Of a stretch of 60,148 nucleotides of DNA, positions 12,605 through 25,071 are shown piece by piece (within the stretch, counting starts at the first letter, position 1; each line of letters begins with the position of its first letter). Location of the stretch: positions 107,357,832 through 107,417,979 of the forward strand of contig NC_068983.1 in assembly GCF_001194135.2 (NCBI RefSeq), given 5' to 3'. The notes beneath the pieces are model-generated. The model was given only the letters and a program-made list of their open reading frames with translations, was not told the DNA's origin and ran no database searches. The stretch is from Octopus bimaculoides. Lineage: Eukaryota. Both the position numbers and the translations under genes were made by a program.

Positions 12605-13196
12605 TTAAGACACTTCTAGCTAGCTCAGTTCTCTTAATTATAAACAACTACCATGAAGGGTCACAACTCACAGTTGCAGTAGGAGCACTGTCAAGCTGAT
12701 CAGTGTTACATTAGCTTTTTAGTTAGTATACATCATCAGTGAAACAGTGTCTTTGATTAAGGCGATCAAAATTCTCACAAGCTCAATCATTTAGATGCAG
12801 ATAAATATCACAAGAAGCAACATTTCATTGCAGCAAACAGCAGGAGCAATGGTGAAAATGTGAAGAGGTTCATTGGTTTATAATACTTGTTTCAAATTCT
12901 TTTTTGGAAAAAGGAAAAGGTAACCAGGAACCAACACATTGTATGCCTTTCAAGAAAAAAGAGAAAAAAAATCTTGTTTCATCAACGGGATTGATAGAAG
13001 GTGGCATCAATTTGATGGTTTGTATCTATGAAATATGACAACACTAGGAAGTAAAGAAGATAAATTGTTCTTGTGTAAAAGAAATACTTTGTAATAAAGT
13101 GGCTTTGGGCCTTAGGTAGATTAAAGAAGTTCTTGTTGATGGTTTTGATTTCTTATGAGGAATTATATTGCCAGAAGCTGTGCAGAGACATATTAC

Positions 13197-13229
13197 CTTG
13201 TTTTAGATTATCGATAACTCTTATTTTAT
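13197..13229 (-). CDS. Candidate 33-nt exon (phase 1-1)
   Basis: Minus strand (t)12attcttcag|ATAAAATAAGAGTTATCGATAATCTAAAACAAG|gtaata. Strong acceptor and donor; only phase 1 is open (xKIRVIDNLKQx). Confidence 0.4.
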
Positions 13230-14128
13230 CTGAAGAATAAAAAAAAAAAATTCTTGACATGGTTGTAATTCATCAGAAATGAAAAGGTGATGTGTGGTTA
13301 AGGTTCTATATTATTCAAGAATATATTACACATTGCAAATGCACCAAATAATTCATGTGAAAGGAAGAAGTGATATAAGGTTAAAACACTGTATTATTCT
13401 AATACATATTATGAAGAGAAAATGTGCCAAATATCTTTGAGTTGCATCAATAGTCATCATTCATTACTCCACTTCGTTCTGTCCAGTTGAAAAATTGGTA
13501 TCATTGCCATTATTACAATATTGAATAATTGATACTATGAAAAAAATCCAGCTGTAAACCATTTGCTCTGAAATTTTATATTCATGCAAGCAGTTAGGTG
13601 TGCAGAACCATCCAACCAAAACTTATATTCCATTAAAAAAGATGAAGCTTTATCCATAGAAACAATATTGAAAAGACGACGAGAAAAATAGCATTATTAA
13701 AATATATTGTAATGTTTGTGTTTTGAGCAGTGGAATTTTACTTGTTTATCATAACGCTTCACTGTAGAATATGAAGAAAGTTGTTATTGATAATGCAAAC
13801 AGGACAGCAGCTGTTCTCAAGTGAAGGAGTCACTGTATATTGAGGTTTCAGCAGCAGCAACAACAACAACAAGAACAATAATAATAATGGTGATTATAAT
13901 GATGATGATGATGTTGAAGATGACGATGACGACGATGATCATTTTTTTATTAGTTACAAAAGAAATCATGTCATGCACAAGAGTTACAAGACATCAGGAT
14001 ATACATACACATAATAAATAAGAGGTCAGGTAAAAAAGTAATACATTACATCAAAACAAGTTTAAAATTTGGTACATAATACAAATATGAACAGGACACC
14101 CTACTCCAACTACCTTCTGCTCCAGATA

Positions 14129-15303
14129 CTGTAAAAACCCATGTAAATTGTGCACCTGTGTAATCTACACAGGTGATATTCACACCCAACAGTTTTCAGA
14201 ATTACTGATATAGCCAGGGGAAAAAGGTTTTCAATTTAATTGTATTTAAGATAATTTCTCTTACTTATGATTAGATTTTATTAAATTTTCATTAAATAAA
14301 AATAATTTCTGTTTAACAGGTATTACATTGAAAGCTATTAAATTACATAGTGTTTGTGTTGTTTATAATAAACTTTATTTTCCTTACCCACAAGAGATTA
14401 TGTCCGATCTTTAGCATACTGCTGTATGTCTTCTCAAATCATAATCACAGGAAAAACAGAGCTGATAAATACTCACAGGTGTTGCAAATCAAGTTTAATT
14501 ACCAATAAACATCAGCTTGGATGACACTTTACTCAACCGAAAGAGGAAGGTGACCGATCAAACTGATTACGTAAACAGAATTCTTTTCTGCCTATTCTTG
14601 TTGGGACCTTTGATATGGAGTATCGTAATTTTAATCCCTTTTACACTTATAAAATGTCAAGCAATCTTAAAAATTTGTCAATACCATTATTGTTAGTATG
14701 GGCAGAACTTATGAATCATTTACTGCAAAGGAGAAATTAAATATATTGAATATGCATTTAAATGTGGCAATAGAGCCAATGTTTGAAACTGGTGCAAGCA
14801 GTACAACAAACTTAAAACTATGTCTAGTAATAAACAGACAAAAATAAAAACAAACAATCACAATTATCCATATCATTACATTTTTTCAATCAGGCATATC
14901 CATATCAATATGTATGTCAATGGTTCTCCATTGCAGTAGGTAGTAACTCCAAGCAATGTAAAATATGGCCTAGACTGTGTTTACCAGTATGAATGTCAGA
15001 CTTCAAAAAGTAGTTAACCATTTATTAGTTTTTGCAAATTTATACAGAAAAGGTAAGCATTATATCGCCCAGCATAAATAAAAGTCAACTTCATATTTAA
15101 GCCATTATTTTTTCTGTAAAAACCTATTCTGACATTAATTGCATCAACTTCTGGTACGAATGCTTACATTTTGTATGTCTTTTCGCAACGACAAAAAAAT
15201 TTGAAAAAAAATTCTGGAAACGATCTACTCATGTAATTTACTACCCACGAAAGTTTATTTTTATTTTTGTGAAAAAATGCGTAAATTACATGGGTTTTTA
15301 TGG
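14129..15303 (+). mobile_element. pogo-family (POGK-like) internally deleted DNA transposon
   Basis: TA-flanked TIRs ctgtaaaaacccatgtaaattgtgca / revcomp ccataaaaacccatgtaatttacgca. Subterminal hairpin at 14153-14175. Decayed N-terminus MGRTYESFTAKEKL..IEYAFKCGNRA from ~14698 resembles a Brinker DNA-binding domain. Confidence 0.8.
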
Positions 15304-15567
15304 TACTTCAATCCAAGTGTTCTGGCATTTTCAGTATTGGTAAATGTGAGAAGATTCCTATATACTTTTGGCAGCTGGACTTTAGATGTTTATAGACTTT
15401 TATAGTGGATTTAATCAATAGCTTATCGTTTAGACCTTCTATAGATTAAGACATAATACCCTCCTCAGTGAGCACAGTATTTCTTTTGTTTTCCATCAAA
15501 TCTTGTAGTAGATTTATCAGGCTAATGTTGACAGACTAAATAACTATAATTCTCAGACAGTGTAGGG

Positions 15568-15911
15568 CAGTGGTAATCAACCGGGTCTCATATAAGATTT
15601 GTTGGGAGGTGGGGAGGTCCATACAACAAAATAATAAATTGGGGATCCACAATAGTATTTTAAGGGCCCTTGAAAAAATTTTGCTTCAGATGTATGTATT
15701 GGTACTTTTTGCAAGAAACAGCTAGGCTTTTTTCTCTTACATTTTACATAGTTTAGCCTACACAAATTAATGAGTGAAAAACAAAAGAGAAATTCTGAAA
15801 GCAGTTTCTATAAAACTAGTTTTTAAGTATCGAATGGCTATAGTGGTCCACCAGAATAAGATGGTAATCAAAGAGGTTCAAAGATTAAAAAAAAACAGTT
15901 GAAAACCCCTG
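15568..15911. mobile_element. hAT (Charlie-like) MITE
   Basis: Ends cagtggtaatcaac / gttgaaaacccctg. 8-bp TSD gtgtaggg / gtctaggg (1 mismatch). Confidence 0.85.
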
Positions 15912-16409
15912 GTCTAGGGGGAAGATAGTCAAATAATTGAACAAAACTTCCTCTTTCTGAGGTTTATGGAAGATCCTGTCATTTTGTAAATGAGCAGTAT
16001 AATGTCACATTTATCTTGCTCCTTCTTTGATAAATTTGGTTGAAGAAGAAGAAGAAGAAGAATGCGGGAGTGCTTTGATAGTAGTAAGATGTTAAATGGT
16101 CAAGTGCCCTGAAAGTAACTTGTTGTGGATGGTAGTAGTGATTGAATTCTTGAGATATCTCTCTTGAGTGTATTGTTTATAATATTTGCGTAGGTGTTAT
16201 TCTAAACAGCAGTAGTAGTAAAGTAAGGAAGGAGGTGGCGGAGAGGAAGAAGACAAAGGAGAAAGAGAAGAAGAGAGAATGATGAGGGATGGTATGATAG
16301 TAGTTGGATGTTAAATGGTCAAGTGACCTAAAAGTGGCTCGTTGTGGATTATAGCNNNNNNNNNNNNNNNNNNNNNNNNNNNNNNNNNNNNNNNNNNNNN
16401 NNNNNNNNN

Positions 16410-16594
16410 ATATATATATATATATATATATATATGACAGGTTGCTTTCAGTTTCCGTCTACCAAATCCACTCACAAAGCATTGGTCAGCCTGAGGCTAA
16501 AGCAGTAGACACTTGCCCAAGGTGGCATGCAGTGGGACTGAACCTGTAACCATGTGGTTGGTAAGCAAGTAACTTACCACACAGCCACTCCTGT
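16410..16594 (-). mobile_element. SINE family A, 5' half (rest in the gap)
   Basis: ctaccaaatccactcacaaagc...accacacagccactcct. Confidence 0.85.
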
Positions 16595-17319
16595 GAAATT
16601 TTTCCTATTTTTTAACAAAAATGTGTTTGTACTTTGGAATTAAAAGTAACAAGAAACTCTTCCTCAAGAAACTATGCCAAGTAAGAAAATGATAGAATGT
16701 TAAGTAAATAATATCTCATACCATTTACTCTTTAATTATGGCATTTTCTGAGTTCAATTCTAGCTTAGAGTGACTTTCTTCTGTTTAAAATTGTTGAAGA
16801 GAAACATTAGCCATCATTTTTCAGATTCGATACAATGAACTTTATCCTCATCCTACAGATATATGATCTGTGCTAATGTGTGAAATCATTATGTTGGACA
16901 TTAGGATTACTTTCTCTAATCCACGTTGTTGTGAGCTGTCAAATATGCCACACTTATTCAGATGATACAGCTACAAAATGATGAATATTTGGTATGCATA
17001 TAAATATGACATGTATGCTTAATTTGATTGTGAAAATGATTATATTCCTATAGTGCAATGATTAGTGTGGTGGGTGTGTATGTGTGTGGGTGTGGGGTGG
17101 TGGTGGTGGTGTCCACCATCAGATATTGTAAAATTGATTCTTATTCAAGAGTTTGTCTTTATCATCATTTGCTATAACTAATTTTCTATTCAATAATTAT
17201 CAAATTTACAAATATCAGAACCGTAGGTCAACCAAATACATTGAAAATGTCAACAAGATGAACAAGTTGCGATTGAGTATCATTGAACATCTCCCTTGTA
17301 GTAGCACATCGTTTTTTTT

Positions 17320-17742
17320 TATTTCTTTAATCATTTATCTTTTACTTGTTTCAGTCATTTACCTGTGGCAATTCTGGAGCACTGCTTTGAAGTGTTTTAG
17401 TTAAACAAATTGACCTAAGAACCTTTTGTTTTTTTTTTAAGCTTAGTACTTATTCTGTTGAACCCTTTTGGCAATCTGCTGAGTTACATGGATGTAAACA
17501 CACCATCACCGGTTGTCAAGCAATGGTGGGGAACAAACACAAACACAAAGACACACACACATTGATATATACATATATACATACACACACACACACACAC
17601 ATATACGAAAGGCTTCTTTCCGTTTCCATCTACCAAATCCACTCACAAGACTTTGGTCAGCCTGAGGCTATAGTAGAAGACACTTACATAGTGGGACTGA
17701 ACCTGGAACCATGTGGTTGGGAGGCAAGCTTCTTACCATACA
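17320..17742 (-). mobile_element. SINE family A
   Basis: Full structure on the minus strand with an internal (CA)/(TA) tract. Confidence 0.9.
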
Positions 17743-18384
17743 CACATACTTATACTTACATAATAATGAGTTTGGTTACCTATTATATGTTTAGATAAAT
17801 CATGATCCAGCATATCCACAATTAAAGATGTTCATTATGTGACCATTATATAGTTTTACGTTTTGAAGATACACTGTATCTAGGATTACAATTTTGAATA
17901 TTGTCTTCCTTTTTGAAAAACTATTGAAATGAAATTTAAGGGAGATTTGCCTGTACCATCATGGGCTTTTTTATTGTTGCTCATTGCCCTGCCAAAGCCT
18001 AATTGATTAAAAATTTGATCTGGTCAATAAGACCAGTATTTTGTCCTCAGCAAATCTACTTTTAAGGGATTATTCTACTGCACATTGAGACTCAAAGGTT
18101 TAATATATGAAATGTTGTGATGGAGTATGTGTTTATAGTGTCTCCTCTGCACTTTGATTTGCTTTTGTATGTGCTGAATCTGTGTTGCTAGCCACCGTAA
18201 AATCAAAATAAAGTGGATGATGGTTGGAGTGTGATGGTGATGAAAAGAAAAAGAGAGGGCGAGAGAAAGAAAGGGAGAGATAGGAGATAAATATGTATAC
18301 ACACATATATTTATATACATGCATACTAATATATATATACACCACAAACACACACACGTGTATGCATGTATTAGTGTGTGTGTG

Positions 18385-18405
18385 TGTGTGGATATATATA
18401 TATAT

Positions 18406-18483
<78 letters not shown>

Positions 18484-18633
18484 ATATAAATATACATAAT
18501 ATAGTGTGTGTGTGTGTGTGTGAATAGACACACACACACACACATATACTTCTATGTATATGTATGTATGTATATAAATATACATTCTATAGTGTGTGTG
18601 TCTGAAGAGAGTGAAAGAGAGAGAGAGAGTGAA

Positions 18634-18660
<27 letters not shown>
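18385..18660. repeat. Compound (TA)n/(TG)n/(CA)n/(GA)n microsatellite block
   Basis: Visible directly. It accounts for ORFs 18075..18545, 18133..18711 and 18293..18499. Confidence 0.95.
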
Positions 18661-18665
<5 letters not shown>

Positions 18666-19491
18666 TCGGCACAATCACTTGACCTGAAAGCAATAGCAGA
18701 CACATTTCCATTAATCTACTTTCTAACCATCTTAAAAAGGGAAAAATACATTTCAGAATTTAATTCTGAATAGAGTATGTCTGAAAAGAAGATGAAATGA
18801 TTACAGCTTGATTACATGTTGAATGATAGAAAGGTCAACACAAATCAACACACAGATTGACATGCCAGACACGAAGAAAACATTAATCATAATGATAAAG
18901 ACAACTAGTTGCTGCTGTTGCCATGGTTGTTGTTGCTGTTTAGCCCTAGGTCAGGTTTGACTGTGTAGGACTAAGATTGAAGGCATTCCAGATATGACCA
19001 CCTCATCTTTCTCTTAGTCTATGTTATCTAATTTGTTCTCCTCCTTTCATGACTTCAAGATGTAACTTGAGAGGGATTTAGCTGCTATCTCTAAGCAGGC
19101 TGAGCGACCATGTGAAGAATCACTTGTTGGCTCATAAATGCAATGAATTTTGTTAAAAGTATAGTTAGTGAAAGGAAAATGGCTAGAATTTAAAATATGA
19201 AAAAATTTAGAGGAATGCCATTTCATTTATTAATTTTTTCTTTGAAATGCTTTTCCGTAAAGTACCTTTCATGTAGTTATTCAGTCATTTGATATAACAA
19301 CAAAATATCACACAACATACTCCCTACTGAAATTAAAATAGAGACATTGGCATATCAAAGCCATAAATCTTCAGATATTATATCCTATTAAAATTGAGAT
19401 GGTTAAAACTTAGAATTCCAACTGGATGGTGAAATTTAACTAAAACCTATATGTTGATCATCTTATATACCCAGATGCAATGAAAGCAATG

Positions 19492-19924
19492 TAGGCATGG
19501 ATGGGTTGTAAGAAGCTTGCTCCCCAACCACATGGTTCTGGATTCAGTGTGACACCGTGCGCAAGTGTCTTTTGCTATAGTCTCAGGCCAACCAAAGCCT
19601 TGTGAGTGGGTTCAATAGATGGAAACTGAAAGAACCCCATATACATATAAAAATGTATGTATGTATGTATTTATGCACACAGCCATGTGTGAGTGTGTCT
19701 TTGTATCTGTGTTTGTTCCCTCAACACTGCTTGACAACCAGTATTGGTGCGTTTATGCTCCTGTTACTTAGTGGTTCAGCAAAAGAACCTGAGAGAAAAA
19801 TTACTAGGCTTCAAAAAATAAGTTCTTGGGTTGATTTGTTTGACTAAAACCCTTGAAAATGGTGCTCCAGCATGGCTGCAGTCAAATGACTGAAACAAGT
19901 AAAACAATAAAAGAATAAAAGAAT
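19492..19924 (+). mobile_element. SINE family A (diverged)
   Basis: gtaggcatggatgggttgtaagaagcttgc...gactgaaacaagtaaaacaataaaagaat. Confidence 0.85.
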
Positions 19925-20239
19925 CCCATACACTAGATTTATTTGCTACCTCAGTATCATAGACCTACTTCAGCCACTCAGAAACATCAATAGTAAGATG
20001 ATATGCTCCTTGTATGAAATATGTGATGCTGTACAAGAGTGAAAAGTGTGACTCGAAGGCTGCAGTATGCAAAGATAAATGAAAGAAACCTTTTGCATAT
20101 CAATGTTTATTCAGAAGGAAGTTTAGTGTAAGTTGAGAAAATGACTAGATATCTGAGGTACAGGTTACTGCAAGCAGGTGGGAGCTGAGATTCATTATAT
20201 TAATATGTCACTTTGATGGCATGCACTACTCTCTCACTC

Positions 20240-20269
<30 letters not shown>

Positions 20270-20272
<3 letters not shown>

Positions 20273-20690
20273 CCTTTCTGCTGTAGGCACAAGGCCTGAA
20301 ATTTGGGGAAGGTGGGATAGTTGATTGACCCCAGTACTCAACTGGTATTTAATTTATTGATCCCAAAAGGATGAAAGGCAAAGTCAACTTTGGAATTTGA
20401 ACTCAGAACATAAGGACAGACCAATGCCAATAAGCATTTTGCCTGGCATGCTAATGATTCTTATTTCTTTATTGCCCACAAGGGGCTAAACATAGAGGGG
20501 ACAAACAAGGACAGACAAAGGGATTAAGTCGATTACATCGACCCAGTATGTAACTGGTACTTATTTAATCGATCCCGAAAGGATGAAAAGCAAAGTCGAC
20601 CTCAGCGGAATTTGAACTCAGAACGGCAGACGAAAATACCGCTAAGCATTTTGCCTGGCATGCTAATGATTCTGCCAACTCACCACCTTA
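20270..20690 (-). mobile_element. Two tandem family B SINE copies
   Basis: Two consecutive minus-strand units, each with gatgaaag(g/a)caaagtc(a/g)ac...tttgaactcagaac and aagcattttgcctggcatgctaatgattct. Confidence 0.85.
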
Positions 20691-20696
20691 ATAAAA

Positions 20697-20720
20697 ATGA
20701 TGATGATGATGATGATGATG

Positions 20721-20793
<73 letters not shown>

Positions 20794-20794
20794 T
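20697..20794. repeat. (GAT)n(AAT)n microsatellite
   Basis: Visible directly; abuts an R4/Dong fragment. Confidence 0.95.
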
Positions 20795-21233
20795 GTCCCA
20801 ATCGACATACATGTATCTGTCAAGACTTATCAAAAACTGAGCAAGTATAAAGATCTTGAAATAGAAATTGCCAAAATGTAGAACCTGAAAACTAAAACAA
20901 TACCTGTTGTCATAGGTCACCTAGGAATGATAGCAAAAGGGGCTGACTGCTATCCCAGATTCCAGGAAATCCAAAAGTGTCAGAAAATTTTAAAATAGTA
21001 CTCATGGGAACTGTCCATATTCTATGTAAAATACTATCTATGAAATCCCAAGTTTTAAAACAAACTTATAATTTTCTTATGTTTTCTTAAACATTCTCTA
21101 GAACAATACTTTGTGCAAAACCAATGTATGGCACTCTAGTCATAACACTAACTTTAACTTCTAATTTGTTGTCTCTTGAGGTCTCTGGGTGAGACTTGGG
21201 TCAACTCATATAAATACAAAGCAAAAGTCAAGC

Positions 21234-21237
<4 letters not shown>
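20795..21237 (+). mobile_element. R4/Dong-clade 3' fragment (RLE C-terminus plus 3' UTR)
   Basis: VPIDIHVSVKTYQKLSKYKDLEIEIAKM*NLKTKTIPVVIGHLGMIAKG. (AAT)n on both sides. Confidence 0.85.
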
Positions 21238-21277
<40 letters not shown>

Positions 21278-21589
21278 GCAACTTACGGTCAGTCACCCAT
21301 CCTGTGACTTGAAGGGCATCTGACCATAGAAAATCTGGTTCAGCAAAATCGGTCCTACCCATGTAAGCATGGAAAAAAAGTGGTCATTAAATAATGGTGA
21401 TGATGAATATATAAATTTGAAAGAAAATGTTAAAAGTTCAAACTGGGGAACCAGTAATTTTCCTTTCATCCTTGAAAATATTTTAGTATTTTACTGGTAT
21501 TTATCTGATTTACCTCAAAAAGGAAATAAATTAAGAAATGCATGACTCAGAACAAGATACTATCGATATTGTAATCTAGTTTATAATTT

Positions 21590-21770
21590 GATGAGCTGAC
21601 AAAATTGTTAGCACACTGGACAAAATGCTTGTTCATCTTTATGCTCTGAGTTCAAATTCCACCAAAGTCAACTTTGTCTTATACCCCTTTGGGGGCCAAT
21701 AAAAAAGGTACCAGTTGAGCACTGAGGTCAATGTAATCGACTTGNNNNNNNNNNCCCCATTGAAATTGCA
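21590..21770 (+). mobile_element. SINE family B
   Basis: gagctgacaaaattgttagcac...gagttcaaattccaccaaagtcaactttg...aggtaccagttgagcact. Confidence 0.8.
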
Positions 21771-23169
21771 ATTTGAAATGAATATTCTAATCTAGTTTTC
21801 TGCTGTCTGTGCTATTTAATCATTGCCCTGTATCGTTGTTGAAATATTGTCAAGAGATTTGACATTGGCTGAGGAAAAAAAATCAAACTATTTTTAAGTA
21901 TTCAAGTCTGTCTGGATTTTATGTATAACTTCTTTAAACTTATAGATCTGATATTTAAAGGCAAAAAGGCAAAATCAGTTTTGAATTGTTATTTTCTTTA
22001 ATCTATGGTTTGTTTATATCTGTCTGAAAAGAAATTCATCCAAATAAGTTTTTTTTAATGGAGTTGGGCGATGTCAATCTGGAACTGAAATAAAAAATAT
22101 AAAAATAAGGATGGAAAAATGAATACTTTAACTGCATACTGTGTCTCTATTTTGTCTTCCCCTCTATTCCTTCTGACACTCAAAACAAATTTATCATAAA
22201 AGCTTTTAAAAATTTCATGGACATTTATTTACCAATTATTTTGTAAATTTTAAGCTATTCATAATTACAAGTGGAAATGGTTTGGAGTGGTTCTGCTCTA
22301 GGCTACAGACAGAAGGTGCCAGTTTGTCAGCTGTACAGACAGCAACACAATAACAGCAGACAACCATACATCAACCTAAATCAGCTTACATTTTTCAAGC
22401 ATGCTACATATTGCTAATGTATCTTTCAGAAAGTATTTGTGGCAGGCTATTTTAATTTTTGTTATCCTCATGGATAATAATGGACACTGCAAATTTTCTT
22501 GACAAGAATAGCTCCCTCATTAATGGAAGATTTGAAAAACATGTTCATATTTTATGTGATTAAAAGGAATCATCATTTAAAAAGACCAAAGAGAAAGAAC
22601 AAAAAATCTAGATGCAAACCTGATCAAGAAGAGATATTCGCTAAGTGAATTTGAAAAACACAGTCACAACTTTCATGACAATTATATGTTGTACTAAAAT
22701 CCTCTACAAAAATGCCATAGTTAAAAATAAAGAAAATTATGACTAAAAATGTTAAAGATTTTCTAGCTTGCACAAACTCTTTGGAGTGGTTCTAAATATT
22801 ATATCTGGGACATACCAAAATATTCAAATAAACGAACAAAAAAATTAGTGATGTATATTCAACTATTATTGCAATACAATACATCCCAATCCTGTCTGGA
22901 TGATGTAATGTTTATAGCCACAGTTTAATAAAAGTAATTACTGAATAATGTTTCTTTATCCATCCATTCATGTGCATATGTTTACTATGCATGCATATTC
23001 ATAAGCATGTATTTGACTACTCACACATATATGCATGAGCTCTTGCATATGCTCACACACACACACATGCACACACACCCATACACACACACACATACAC
23101 ACACACACACACACACACAAACGCACATACCCTCCCCCAACACATGATAGGCTGCTGAAGAAAATCCTC

Positions 23170-24050
23170 AAACGTTCCTCTCTCCTTAGCTAGTCTCCTG
23201 ACTGCATACACACTATACTTGAGTTCTAAAACTTCATTTTCTCCAATCCACTAAGACAAACATTCCTCAACTGTGTACTACACAATGAGTTTCTCTTCTT
23301 CCATAGAAAGAAGTGTATGAGAGACAAAAACCAAATTTGTAGTTTCTATCACCAGAATAAATAGACTTTAGTTTAGAGAGATCCTCAGCACAAAGAACAG
23401 TCTGATAGGAAACCTCTAATTGAATATGTGAGAAATGAATTGGAGCCATGGTTTACAATATTTCTTTTGCTTTTAGACATGTGTCTAACTCTATCTATGG
23501 AAACACACAACAGTATATATTATTCCCAGGAAGGCTAAAATCTTTGACCCAACCAGTTACTTATCTATCATCTTTGTAATCAACATTTCAAAGGTGATGG
23601 AAACAATATAAGCAAATATTTACTCCTTCATCTTGAGTTTCTTTTCCTCCACAATACCAGCCAATAAGGCTTCATTAAAACTAGATCTATAAGAGATTTG
23701 CTTTCCTATGTCACGTATCAGTGGTATCTCATCCTTGAGAGCTTCATTAAAAACAAATTTTTGCCCTTGAAACCAACAAAGCTTTCTTAACTAAGTTGTG
23801 CCCACCATGGCTCCAATTCATTTCTCACATATTCAATTAGAGGTTTCCTATCAGACTGTTCTTTGTGTTGAGGATCTCTCTAAACTAAAGTCTATTTATT
23901 CTGGTGATAGAAACTACAAATTTGGTTTTTGTCTCTCATACACTTCTTTCTATATAACACATACTCCTCTTCCAAATTACCACTCTTCACTTCATCTTAA
24001 CTTTCATACCAATCTGTCAAGTAGATTTTCCTGGATCAACCCAGGCCAAT
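23170..24050 (+). pseudogene. Decayed CR1-clade LINE reverse transcriptase fragment
   Basis: LWKHTTVYIIPRKAKIFDPT, SKVMETI, *GFIKTRSIRDLLSYVTYQW, ALETNKAF, SIYSG follow the CR1 RT motif order (WK.A.V.PIPKKG..S.P.NYRPI; QYGFR..RST.DLL; ALDISKAFD; INSGVPQG). Confidence 0.75.
23303..23953. repeat. 150-bp inverted repeat (23303-23452 / 23804-23953), 351-bp spacer
   Basis: Base-by-base comparison gives 149/150 identity. Confidence 0.95.
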
Positions 24051-24070
24051 GGTTCCCAAACAAGGGCATA

Positions 24071-24369
24071 CAGTCATGACCAAAAGTTTGGAACATTTAA
24101 AAAAAATTTTAATTGTTATGCCCAAGGACAATTCAATTCAAATATATACAACTCTTTTACTCTTTTACTCTTGTTTCAGTCATTTTGACTGCGGCCATGC
24201 TGGGGCACCGCCTTTAGTCGAGCAAATCAACCCCAGGACTTATTCTTTGGAAGCCTAGTACTTATTCTATCCATCTCTTTTGCCGAACCGCTAAGTTACG
24301 GGGACATAAACACACCAGCATCGGTTGTCAAGCGATGTTGGGGGGACAAACACAGACACACAAACATAT

Positions 24370-24423
<54 letters not shown>

Positions 24424-24433
24424 NNNNNNNNNN

Positions 24434-24470
<37 letters not shown>

Positions 24471-24808
24471 TACGACGGGCTTCTTTCAGTTTCTGTCTAC
24501 CAAATCCACTCACAAGGCTTTGGTCGGCCCGAGGCTATAGTAGAAGACACTTGCCCAAGGTGCCACGCAGTGAGACTGAACCCAGAACCATGTGATTGGT
24601 AAGCAAGCTATTTACCACACAGCCACTCCTGCGTAGAGAAATACCTAACAACTGATCCAATGGTTCAATATCTAGAAGAAAAAATTTTCAAACCTGTTTC
24701 AAATGTTTGGCCGAGTAATAATATATTGCAAATTAAATATAACTTTGGGCATTTAATATGAACATTCTAATTTTCAGACCCTATGTTCCAAACTTTTGAC
24801 CCCGATTG
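24071..24808. mobile_element. Tc1-like MITE with a nested SINE
   Basis: TA|cagtcatgaccaaaagtttggaacat ... atgttccaaacttttgaccccgattg|TA. Confidence 0.8.
24150..24634 (-). mobile_element. SINE family A, low divergence, nested in the Tc1 MITE
   Basis: CpG-rich complete copy; small N gap inside its (TA)n. Confidence 0.9.
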
Positions 24809-24815
24809 TATGCCT

Positions 24816-25071
24816 CAGGGGTGGGGCATGGTGTCATAGTTGTCAGGCATAAAGTTCTCATTAAAGTGATTTGTGCTTTTGCTCTTAGTCAATAAAGTAC
24901 TTTTTTTGTACTCACTACTTAATAAAAGAGTTACCAGTAGATTATTTTTTATCAAATAACTGTGATAAAATATTGAAAATAAAGTTGTTTCTTTTCTCAA
25001 CCACCGGTGCGGCATACATTTTTCTGGAAGATTATGGTGGGGCCACGGGGAAAATAGGTTGGGAAACACAG
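24816..25071. mobile_element. hAT-like MITE (degenerate)
   Basis: Starts caggggtggggca, ends ggggccacggggaaaataggttgggaaacacag. No matching TSD seen. Confidence 0.45.

Noticed and set aside
18075-18711. ORFs rich in YI/CV/HT dipeptides or poly-I/N (also 20612-20920, 40980-41300, 50531-51001, 55254-55826)
   Set aside because: They are translations of microsatellites.
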